A stretch of DNA of 64,000 nt, taken from the NCBI GenBank assembly GCA_002633005.1, contig NMRA01000039.1:241225-305224 (forward strand), given 5' to 3'. Below the pieces are notes generated by a model. The model was not told the origin of the DNA and searched no databases. It was given only the letters and a program-made list of their open reading frames with translations. Of the stretch, positions 24,898 to 35,349 are shown piece after piece. The translations under genes were made by a program, and so were the position numbers. The stretch is from Phoronis australis (taxonomy: Eukaryota > Animalia > Phoronida). Positions within the stretch are counted from its first letter, which is position 1. Each line of letters opens with the position of its first letter.

Positions 24898-26641
24898 CAG
24901 TACGCAGCAACAGTGTGGCATGTTGACTGACTCGTAAACAAAAGCAAGCGACGATCGAACTTGTCACAGCCGAGGTATAACAAGAACCGACTCGACAGGT
25001 CTCACAGTCACACTAAATGAAAAGAAATTGGAGCGAAATTCTTGCCTCCCAAAACCTCACTTCTGAAGTTAAGGACGAATAATTAATTAAATTACGAAAA
25101 GCTGCAATTAAGTGAAAAATATGTCTGGGATAATCAAAGAACCTTATTTTTGTTTAAAATGACATGAAAAAGGTTGCCTTTCCCTTTAAGTTTTAAACTG
25201 TATGTAAGAAGGGGAAGGTTTTATGATGTCATAGCAGCTTATATAGTATGAGAAACACCTGGCGCCACCGTGTTAAGGGATCGCTCTATATTTTGCCAGT
25301 TCTTCTAAAGAGTCAATTTTATTAACAAAATGTTGATATCTTCCCTACGTGGTCCATATGTAGCAGACGATCCCAATGGACCCCCAAGAGACCTATTTCG
25401 AGCCTCCGTTTCCGAAAAAGTTCCCGTAGGTACCATTTCTCTGTGGGAACTCTGGAAATCCCCGGTGTATTGTTTTGACGAAACTCATGTGTTGCAAAGA
25501 CTTGAAAATTTAGTGGAGTTCCTATCGTAAGGTTGTCTATGGTAATCTTGTAAATGCTCCGTTTTGCATAATATGCTATCGAATTGATTATTAAAAAAAC
25601 AAAATCGGTTTTAAAATTTCGTCTTTGGTTCTTTGTATCAAAACAAATTCGATTATGTTATTAAGTACCCTTATGTGTCTTTTGCTTAGTTTTACAAGAA
25701 AAGAAATGATCACGCGACCCAGTCAGTGGCAGGTTGAACACAAGAGTTGAATTCCGCTGTTGGATGTACAATTTCCGAAACATTGTGTTTTTACTGAGTT
25801 AAATGTTATTTGCAGATGATGCTTGGTCATAAATGCTCCGACAATGCGAGCCTTATGTACATTGTATATTGAGAGACAGAGACAAGCAGTCAGAAAAAAC
25901 TAAACTGCATATACATAACTTGAACTCTAGAAGAGATGACACACGAGAGCTTCTAAAGGTTATAAATCTGCCGAAGTAGAACACTTGTGAATTTATATAG
26001 TTGGAAAGATAATAAACAAGTAAAACACGGTCTTATGATTGTGATGAAACGGAAATGAATTACAACCTAGCAGTTCAAGCAGAGGGTGTATATCTTGGGT
26101 TTGCAGAGGTCCACGTGGTACACTCAATTATTGAAGATACCCACTTATCCAGTGGCGAAACCGTCTCGCCCACGAGTCGGCTCCCCTAGAATTCATCAAA
26201 CATGTCGTGGAAACCCATGATGTCAAAAGTTGACTGTTGGTTTATTTTAAAAGATAGCTATGCTTTGTGATTGTGTGTGGATATTCAATTTATTGTATAA
26301 TAACTACTAATTGAAACAAGTGAAACCTGTTGTTAATTAATTACACTGATAAAGAAAGGGAGTAACTATGCTAGCGCCCTCTGTAAGGATGCCAACTTCA
26401 ATATTAAGCATAAACAATCGAACAGTGCTATCCAAGCTGTAGGACACTCGATGGATGATAGTCCTTTTGGTCGATACCGGTACTAAGACACACTGTACTG
26501 CGGCAATGTACTTGCTGGTCATAGTCCTTCGTGACGCAACCAAGTGTGTAGTATCTTTCTACCCACGATACACTACGGTGTGCACAGTCCTTCGTGACGC
26601 AACGGCATGTGTAGGCAGCTGTACCTGTTCTGTTACTTGTA

Positions 26642-26682
26642 TTACCTGGTGATGCCTTTAGAATAAAGGCGAAACGTTGTAA
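26642..26682 (+). ncRNA. Penelope-type minimal hammerhead ribozyme-like motif (variant core)
   Basis: TTAC-CTGGTGA-T-GCCTTT-AGAAT-AAAGGC-GAA-ACGT-T-GTAA: stem I TTAC/GTAA, 6-bp stem II, palindromic ACGT in place of stem III; core CUGGUGA deviates from CUGANGA. Confidence 0.55.
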
Positions 26683-26970
26683 ACATGAAGTTTCTACTCA
26701 CCTTTGTAAGTGCCACTGGAATTTCAAAAATATTTGATTTTCTCGGGTATTTATGTACCCTCGTACTTGAGGCTACGACAACTACCCGAGGTCCTCCATT
26801 GTCCTAGGGCTACGTTCAGTAGACCCAAGACGATGCGAGGAATGCGGTCACATCGTGCTTCTCGAAAACTCAGTAATTTTGCTTTACTCTGAACGCAGCC
26901 TGGAATATAATCATCTACAATTTTATCTTTGGAGGTGTGCATGTGCGAACTTCAGTCATACGGCCTATCA

Positions 26971-27643
26971 ATTAAGGAGGGACTGAACAGTTCTCACAGG
27001 GGTTTGCCTATGAGAACACACGTCAATGGACTCTTCACCCTTTCTTCACTCTGTCAAGAACTGCATGCAAACACAGAAAAGTTTTGAGTCATTTCACATC
27101 ACAAGCCCTACAGATGAGCACAGAAACTTTGTTCTCTCTTGTAATTTTGACCCTTTCACTCCCAGTGGAAACCAAGCTAGTCTAAGAAAAATATGGGCAA
27201 AAAAGTTAAAATCGGCACTTTTCACCCCAAAACCACAACCTTCCTTCCGATGCTCAACTGAAGCCAACATTAGATTCTGAAATCAAATTTCCCACCGATT
27301 CCAAAAATGTGGTCCAAAAGTACTCTCAACCAACTAGTTTTTTTTTTGCAAATCTGGCTTGTTTGAGGGCTTCCTGAAATTGCGGCCAATTTCTCAGTTG
27401 ATACACAGCAATGCACAATTGCAACAGGGGGCCACCATCTTGAAGAAGAGTGCAGCTACAGCCGAGAAAGTGGCCTTTTTTAATCCTCAGCATGTTCACA
27501 AATACAAACAAACCACATTCACTTGGCCTACATACAACACCTAACTAAAAATGCCACCAAGTCTGGCCTATCCCTAGATTTTAATATTTCGAGAGACAGT
27601 GCAAATTGGCAGCGGCCGCACTCTAACTGTTCAGTGCCACCTA
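26971..27643. mobile_element. TTAA-flanked MITE (Kolobok-like) inserted in a hairpin repeat
   Basis: TTAA-GGAGGGACTGAACAGTT ... AACTGTTCAGTGCCACC-TAA imperfect TIRs, enclosed by an outer inverted repeat (26936-26962 / 27667-27693). Confidence 0.6.
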
Positions 27644-28276
27644 ACCACTGAAAGTCTTATGGCTTCCCGTATGACTGAAGTCTGCTCATGCGCAGATAAT
27701 GTTCAGTTGCGAGGTGAAATTTGAGGTCACGAAACTATCTGTGGTGTTCAGAAGGGACTGTCACAAATGGATACATGTATTTGAGCGATTCTTAAATCTT
27801 TGCTTAAATGATGTAACTCTAGTAGGGATATTATTACAAGAATTGAGAGCGTTAACAATTGATTGGTTTTCATTGAGTGCACGAAAGAGTCTCTCAGGTA
27901 TTCGATGAGGGGACATTTGAAGAAAATATGAGGATAAGATTGATGGTCTCCACATTTACAGTTTGGAGAGACATTACTAAAGTTGTGCCTGAACTTGTCA
28001 GAGTTGAGGAAAAGGCCACATCTTGATCTGCACACTGCTATTTCGTTATCGCGGGTAAGGGAGAATTGAGTCAAGGGTGTTGAGTTATCAAAATTATGAA
28101 AAACAGTTCTAAAAGTATTTTTTATACTCGTAAAAGAGTTGCTTTCCTTAACAGAGACTGGAAGAGAATTCCACCTGTTGATGCACATCATGACTGTAGA
28201 CCTTCTGAATGCCTGACTGAACGACGGAGGAATTGCAGATGGGGTGGAGGATCTCAAATAACTACGATGGCCTTGT

Positions 28277-30349
28277 CTAGTATATAGATCGAATATTTTT
28301 TTTGACAGACACGTTGTTGACATTGTTTATTACCTTGAAAGTAAATGTGGTCATGTGAAGATTGCGTCGAGTAGACAGTTTGGGCCACTTGAGACTATTC
28401 AAAACCTTAACACTATTGGATCCCCTGTAAGCTCCGGTTATGAGTAAGGCGGCTTGATATTGTAACTTCTCCAAATGTTGGAGTGCACCCGTATTGGCAG
28501 ACTGATATATAATATCACAATAATCAATGTGTGGAAGTACAAAGGACTTGAACAAAACTTCTAAATGTGTAGAATTCAGATGACGAGAGACAAGCTTAAG
28601 TGGGTTAATTAGTTCCTGAGTTTTTTGTACGAGCTCCCGAACGTGAGGGGTGAATGAGAGTTTTTCATCTAACAGTATACCCAGATGTCTGTGCGACTGT
28701 TTTCTAGGAATGATTTCATCATTAAGTTTAAGGTCATAAGACGGGTCAACAAGGAAGAGAGCATTAATAGATTTGGAGAAGGTAAGGTCAACGCTTTTTT
28801 CTGGTTTAAAATTCATTCTCCATTCTTGTGACCAATAGCTTAGTTTATTTAAGTCGTGTTGAAGCTGCAAAGAACATTCAGGGCTGCTCCCTGCGAAGGG
28901 GTAAAAAAGCGCCGTGTCATCTGCATAAAGGTATGTGCTACATGACAGGTTATCAGGAAGGTCATTAATATAAACCAAGAAGAGAAGAGGGCCCAATACG
29001 CTACCCTGCGGTACACCTGCGTTTACAAATCCAGGATGGGATAAAATTGAAAGTACGCCATCGACACGAACACTGTATGTTCTTTCGGAGAGATATGAGG
29101 TGATCATGTTTAAAAGATTACCAGTAATGCCATAGGATCGAAGTTTGTGAAGTAGAAGGTCGTGAGGGACACAGTCGAAAGCAGAAGCTATATCTAGAAA
29201 AATGGACCTGACACTCTCTCCCTTCTCAAAATGTAAATGAATCTCATGTACTATTTCAACAAGTTGTGCCACGGTGCTGTTCCCACGCAAAAAACCAAAT
29301 TGACGATGATAGATCAAGTTGTTTTGTTTGAGAAATGTAAGAATACTTTGAGCAATGATCTTCTCAAAGATTTTGGACAGGGTGTTAAGTAATGTTATTG
29401 GGCGATAATTTGAAATTTCAGTTTTGGAGCCTTTTTTGTGCATAGGGACCATAATTCCATGTTTCCAAGAAGACGGGTATATACCTAGCTGAAGAAGTTT
29501 GTTAAACAGATTGGTCAGGGGCATGGTAATTTCGTTGGCAATCATTTTGATCATCTTGCTGGTTATTAAAGCTGTGCCATCATTCTTATTGGGGTCAATT
29601 TCACTGAGATACTTCCGGACATCAGTTTGATTAGCCGGGATGTCAGACAGTTGATTGAGACAACGTTCATGAAGAAAGGGAAAGTTACATACTTCAGTTG
29701 GTGTAATGTGGCTTTTGTTCGTGAAAATTTTGAGAAACAAATCACACTTGTCACTAGTACTTGAGGCTAGATTACCATTATAGTTGATGACAGGATAGGA
29801 GGATTGTTGTTGGCTGCCGCGTATTTTATTGATGATGTTCCAGTATTCTTTGGAGTTCTTGCTTGCGCTTTTAATTTGTTGAAAAAGCTTGTGTCGGTGA
29901 TCAGCTTTGGCTTGATTTACTAAAGTTTCAACCAGACGTGACTGCTCCTTGTATCTGTTGTAGATTATAGTGTTGTTAGATCTTCTGAAAGAGCTGTAAA
30001 GTCTGTTTCTTGTGCGGATTGCCCGTTTAACATTATCGTTGAACCACGGTTGGCAGTTGTGTTTAATTTTCTTTTCAGTTGATGGGATGTTGTTTTTTAA
30101 AATTTCATAGAGAGTACTAGTGAATAGTGAAGCAGTGTCATCAATGTCGCCAGTGTTCAATATGGAATCCCGGTCAGTGTTGGTGATATCCTGACTCAAT
30201 TTATCGGTGTCGACTTGATCATATTTCCAATTGGTTCGAGTGGTGTGTTGTTCTTTAACCGGTTTTTTAAGTGTTAGAGTGGTTTCGATTGTGTGGTTAT
30301 CAGAATTGCCAACAGGAGGTAGTACAGAACATGAGTCAATGATACTCAA
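28277..30349 (-). CDS. LINE ORF2 reverse transcriptase domain (690-aa open segment)
   Basis: NYRPITLLNTLSKIFEK, QFGF, FLDIASAFDCVPH, GVPQGSVLGPLLFLVYINDL, YADD, HLGILLD motifs. Confidence 0.95.
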   Translation of the reverse strand: MSIIDSCSVLPPVGNSDNHTIETTLTLKKPVKEQHTTRTNWKYDQVDTDKLSQDITNTDRDSILNTGDIDDTASLFTSTLYEILKNNIPSTEKKIKHNCQPWFNDNVKRAIRTRNRLYSSFRRSNNTIIYNRYKEQSRLVETLVNQAKADHRHKLFQQIKSASKNSKEYWNIINKIRGSQQQSSYPVINYNGNLASSTSDKCDLFLKIFTNKSHITPTEVCNFPFLHERCLNQLSDIPANQTDVRKYLSEIDPNKNDGTALITSKMIKMIANEITMPLTNLFNKLLQLGIYPSSWKHGIMVPMHKKGSKTEISNYRPITLLNTLSKIFEKIIAQSILTFLKQNNLIYHRQFGFLRGNSTVAQLVEIVHEIHLHFEKGESVRSIFLDIASAFDCVPHDLLLHKLRSYGITGNLLNMITSYLSERTYSVRVDGVLSILSHPGFVNAGVPQGSVLGPLLFLVYINDLPDNLSCSTYLYADDTALFYPFAGSSPECSLQLQHDLNKLSYWSQEWRMNFKPEKSVDLTFSKSINALFLVDPSYDLKLNDEIIPRKQSHRHLGILLDEKLSFTPHVRELVQKTQELINPLKLVSRHLNSTHLEVLFKSFVLPHIDYCDIIYQSANTGALQHLEKLQYQAALLITGAYRGSNSVKVLNSLKWPKLSTRRNLHMTTFTFKVINNVNNVSVKKNIRSIY

Positions 30350-30964
30350 ATTGTTTGTTATACAGAGTCAATACATGAATGAGAAACGTCGGTGATACGG
30401 GTTGGCTCATTAATTAGTTGTATGCAGTCATTAGACAATAAGATATCAAACAATTGTAGTCCGGCCGTATTGTCATGATCATCGTTGTACCATGTAGAGT
30501 TTCGGGCATTGAAATCACAATTTATGATTATACTAACGCTATTGCGGTTATGTTCCGCTAACTGATCGGCTAGGGCTTTGAAGTAGAGTTTTCTTTCAGT
30601 TGGAGATTGAGAAGGTGAGCGATAAAACAACCCATAGTAAATTTTTCTGTGATCGAAATAAAATTCGATCCAGCAGTTGCATAACTGAGGACAAGTTCAG
30701 CTAGGACATAATTTAAGTGAGAGTGTGTTTTTAGTGAATAAGATGATGCCACGGCCACTGTTACTGTGATAAGACTACACTGTAACCGGGAATGATTAGT
30801 TCATTATCAAGGTCGTCTTTGGTAACATTAGAGGTTTCACAAAGAGCGACAATCATTTAATCGTAAGACAGAACAAAGTTTTTTAGAAGTTGGAATCTGG
30901 AGAAATTGTTGGATTTAATGCTGTTAATATTTGAAAATAAGATTTTAAAGGTAGTATTGTCTTC

Positions 30965-31003
30965 AGGCCCAGGATTTTCTTCAACATCGCCAGCTAAAAG
31001 GAG
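30965..31003 (-). other. 2A-like StopGo (ribosome skipping) peptide LLLAGDVEENPGP
   Basis: Exact D(V/I)ExNPGP consensus with hydrophobic lead-in, in frame with and directly upstream of the APE domain. Confidence 0.9.
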
Positions 31004-32664
31004 GCACATGCCAATGACGATTCCGTAATCCATACAGGTGTTATGTAAACAATAGTAAGACACATCAGTAAGCTGAACCCGCATAGCGTGATATCTCATT
31101 CGATACCGGTGAGAAGAATTGAACTGTGACCATGCGCGAGAAAACATTGTAAGACCAGTGAAACTCACACTACTCGAGGCACTCAAAGGATAGCCGTATT
31201 TAACAATTAATACACCAATGCTTGTTGAAAATTCAATGGTTGTTAAATGAATAAGGTAGTCTGGACAATTAGGGGAGTCATTTTTAAAAAACAAAATTAT
31301 ATCATAGGCTCGCTTACAGGTACATAAATAGCAACTTAGTTGAAAAGCACAACATATAAATTCAATCTTGGGAAACCAGTTAGTTCTGTTGCAAGTAAAT
31401 ACAAAACACATATAGATAATGATTGACCTAAAGATATGTACAGAGGAAATATGACCAAATACTAATGGACAAAAGAAGGTGAAAAATAAGAGTTTGAACA
31501 CTCCAATTCGCTGAAGAAAACAAAAAAAGATGTATTGAAGATCTCTCACTATGGATAATTTAGCTGTAACACGTTTTAGAATTGATAAAAGGCTATGAGT
31601 TCTTACCACTATAGGCCACCCAGTAATGACTGATCAGCTCATATTTTCGGTGGTGTCTTCTGAATTGAAGTAAACTTTCTCACAGTTGAAACACCAGTTT
31701 TCACAGGGATTATTTGAACTTGAAACTCATTATAAACTAAATTATGGTGACAGACAGTGCTCAGCGTGATTTTTTAACGGGGCAAGCTAAAACAGTTATA
31801 ACTTATTAATGATATGGGGGAATCATTCTGAAACCCACAACAAAAATCACATGTAGTTGTAGATTGTGCACCTGACTGACAGAGAACAGAACAAGTGCCT
31901 AGAAATTAAAATCAATATTATAGTGAGTGAGAGGTGTCAATAGCATGACCGAACAGAAATGCCACACAAAATCAGTGACGTGTAAATTTATCCTGACAGG
32001 CAATTTGCTATGGAGTTGTCCACAAAATCAACGTTCTGAGAAACACAACAGTGAGAAAAAATATTAATTGTATACAAGTGTCTGCCACTGAGGCCGGAGC
32101 TCACATATAAGAATCATTGTCTTATGTGAATATCATGCAATGTACAATTCCGTCACACATGTTTTAACGACAACCAAAAATACTCCCTACTGTTTTGATC
32201 CGGATTAACCCAACAAAGAAACTATGGAAGTGCTTCAATGAAACCTTGATCAAGTGGGTGCGCAATGGCACACAGCAGTAGAATTAGTGCAGACATTTGC
32301 GAAAAAGGGCTAAAAGCTTTTCTCACAAGGAAAAATGATCCCTCCCATAACTGTTCAGAGAAAAAACCAATGTCATAGTCTAGAACAAGAAAATTGGTGC
32401 CAAATCAAGTCAACGTAAGCAGCAGTCTTCGAGAGATATTGATCCAGAATAAAGGTCAGAAATAAAATTTCTTCTGTGAAAAACGGCGAGGGACCCAGTG
32501 GCAGATCTAGGATATCATGAGGAGATATTTTTCATTTTGTATTGCCTGTGTCCAACACAAGCACACACATTAAAGTACTTGTTCACGATTAACCGCAACA
32601 TTGTAAATGCAAACGTTTATTTCCGTGTCATTTTACATTTCTGTGGCCAAAGGGGGGGGGGGAA

Positions 32665-32821
32665 CAGGGGCGGATACAGGATTTTGAGTTAGGTTGGCAG
32701 GGCAGAGTATTAGCCAGGATTTTGCCCGTCAGGCATTTGCACCCTCGAACTGCCAAATGGAATCTGGGAGAATTTTATCGGGGTCAAGTCCCCCCTTGTC
32801 CACCCTCTAAACCCGCCACTG
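32665..32821. mobile_element. ~160 bp non-autonomous TIR element (hAT-like termini), copy 3
   Basis: CAGGGGCGGATACAGGATTTTGAGTTAGG ... CTAAACCCGCCACTG; homologous to 16677-16838. Confidence 0.75.
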
Positions 32822-33287
32822 GGGCAGGACCCTTGTTCGACAACCTAATGTCGGGGACCAATTGACATGGAAATTGGCCAGAATAAACATTATATGCCGT
32901 TTTAGTCATAGGCGTAGCGCTTGTGACGATGACGCTCTGCTCGAACCATCATATTCTGAGAAAATACGAAGGACACCCTTCGGTACGTACTGTTCTACGT
33001 AAAGGCTGATCCAGGGATTCAAGGGTCCTGACCCCTTTTTCCCTTCATTTTAGTGATATAAAATCTATAATTTCCAAATTGTTGACCCAGGCCCTCCTTT
33101 TAAAAATCCTTGATCCGACCCCTCCCCCCATTAAAAATTCTTGGTCCCTCCTGTTACGTCTAATTTTGTGTCGTCCTCAAACTGAATATTGAAAATAATC
33201 CGTTTTCGCTCTAAAACTGCGTCGTAAATGCACACCACATCATCATTCAGTTGCACCTCCGTACAAGTCTGCCATATTTAATAGTAT

Positions 33288-33527
33288 TAAACCTGAGTCT
33301 GACCAAGTCTAAAGGTAAACCTGGTTTAAGATCTTAATACAGGTCTAAGTAATATACCTCGTTGGTGAAATGAAATCTGACTTAGACCAGGTCTAAACTG
33401 GAGTTAAACCAGGTTTTACAAAGCCATTGGTCTAAAACCACCTTTATGAAATGCAGATTATCTTTAAACCTGGTCTAAGTCCAGTTTAAACCAGGCTTAA
33501 CTTTAAACCACCTTTGTGAAATCGGCT
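33288..33527. repeat. Array of short direct/inverted motifs (AAACCTGGT(C/T)TAAG, AAACCACCTTT(A/G)TGAAAT); probable transposon subterminal repeats (Harbinger-like)
   Basis: Motifs recur in both orientations and end in CTTTGTGAAATCGGC; superfamily assignment is inference. Confidence 0.55.
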
Positions 33528-34060
33528 GTAAGAGTACGAAACAACTACTAGAAGAATCGGCATCTCAATGAATTGATCCTACCTCTGTTAGTGAATTGTG
33601 ACGTGTCAGTGAACTGGCAAAACCTATGAATGTGCTCAAAGGCCTGGTAACCGTCGTTGATGTACCGCAGCGTGCCTCCCTCGCAGGATCAAGTTTGATT
33701 ATGTGGCTCCACTACTTTGCATATGATTGCTTCCGTTGAAATAGTAAAGTATGATCAAATACACATCTTGGAGAATCTGTCGGTAGAGTACACTTCCAGA
33801 GGAGTTCCGCCTTATTTTAGCTTTACACTTGTGGGGCTGTTGTAAAAGTGGCCTAATTGCATTTTTCGGGACGTAAGCTCATCGTGTGCGCTGTGGCCCG
33901 TCCCATGGTCATTCGGCACAAAATCCGCGACTTTTCCTTCAGCGTTTTAGCGTAAACAAATCAAATAGATGTTGGAATGCCGTGCAGTTATCGACGGATA
34001 AGAATATAAAATAGCGAAAATAAAACGACGAGGGTCGCTACTAAAATATATTAAAATATT

Positions 34061-34094
34061 CCCACGGTTCGAGCGATGCGCTCTTTGTCAAGGG
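34061..34094 (-). ncRNA. Degenerate Penelope-type minimal hammerhead motif
   Basis: Minus strand CCC-TTGACAA-A-GAGCG-CAT-CGCTC-GAACCGT-GGG: stems I and II intact, core mutated; followed by a T-rich tail. Confidence 0.4.
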
Positions 34095-34364
34095 TATGAT
34101 ACGCTTGTCTTTTTATGTTTACTATCATTACCGTTTTAACGTACATATTTACATTCGGAACACCTTTGCAATTTTCACAGCCTCAAAATTAATTCTTCCT
34201 CGGAGCTGTTTCACATCTGCTCATATACAAACTTTGATCGTTCAGAAAAGGGATTCCGTCAAGAGACGTCAGATAAAATCATGACCTAAGAGTTCTCAAA
34301 ACCTGTATGTGGCGTAAATCTTAACCAGTCTGCTCCCTGGTGTTGTGCTTACCCTTTTTATCAC

Positions 34365-35073
34365 CTGACACGGGAATTCCAGGGCACTCGACGGCATTCT
34401 CCATTTTGAGAGTCACGTGACTTGCTATTATGATTGAAGCTTGCATATGCGTAGTTTCGAAACAGCTTCGAGGGATAATTTGACTTGTGTACGAAAACTC
34501 ACGAGGTGTTCAGAATGACATGTGCACTAGGTCAACACTTATCATGTACTACGAAACTNGTCATTGCCTACCTCTGTAGTAGTTAAATCCAGGAATAGTG
34601 CTCTGATATTGAAAACCCAGGAATAGTGGCAGTTATGCAATAATACAGGACTAGTGGCAGTTATGCAAGAATTTTGAGTTATTGGGAGATGGACAATACA
34701 TGCAGGGTGGGTCCATCGCGTGGTCAGTTAGCTCGTTATATTTAGCTCGTCGTAGAGAGATGGACATATACATGTATGTACATACAGAGTGGGTCCATCC
34801 CGTGATGCCACTTAGTTAAGTAGTATTTAAACTACTGGCTCTCGAGACCAGGGCAGACTGGATCCACCATAGATCACAACTGACACGGGAATTCCAGGGC
34901 ACTCGACGGCATTCTCCATTTTGAGAGTCACGTGACTTGCTATTATGATTGAAGCTTGCATATGCGTAGTTTCGAAACAGCTTCGAGGGATAATTTGACT
35001 TGTGTACGAAAACTCCCGAGGTGTTCAGAATGACATGTGCACTAGGTCAACACTTATCATGTACTACGAAACT
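34365..35073. repeat. Duplicated segments around single-N join at 34559 (alternative haplotype lacking 23078-34366)
   Basis: 34560-34881 matches 22756-23077 and 34365-34558 matches 34880-35073. Confidence 0.9.
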
Positions 35074-35349
35074 GGTGAATGCACATGGTATCTACCAAGC
35101 GACCGTGCATCCCTATCTAGTTCTTCTCGAGGATACGAGGCGACACGAACTACTACTCTTCATTCCATTCTTCTTGTTTATCTTTTGTGTTTTCAGATAT
35201 TAACACATCTCGAACATGTGCTGATATCGTGAACCGATATCATGTTACGTCGAACATTGCTCTGGGGTAAAACTGGTCATTATGTGTTTAGGTTATATCC
35301 CATCGAGAATTCCACTCTGAACAACTCAAGGTCTGCTTTTCTCAGCAAC

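Larger units (their letters stand above)
22639..24900 (+). mobile_element. Truncated Ty3/Gypsy LTR retrotransposon (putative 5' LTR, PBS-like motif, gag, decayed protease)
   Basis: Candidate LTR starts TGTAAT at 22639 with a TATA-like TATTTAAA; TGGTGCC..CCGGATTC at 23521 resembles a tRNA-His primer-binding site; then gag and protease. No RT, integrase or 3' LTR seen; LTR limits approximate. Confidence 0.75.
27748..31609 (-). mobile_element. Non-LTR retrotransposon of the CR1/L2 group (APE endonuclease + RT) with an N-terminal 2A-like peptide; disrupted
   Basis: APE motifs KILFSNINSI, ALCET, FYRSP, CDFNA, EPTR, SDNH across several stops/frameshifts (30960-30290); RT ORF 30349-28277; Cys-rich C-terminal part (CKCG..HIFFKC) in 28323-27748. 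Confidence 0.92.
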
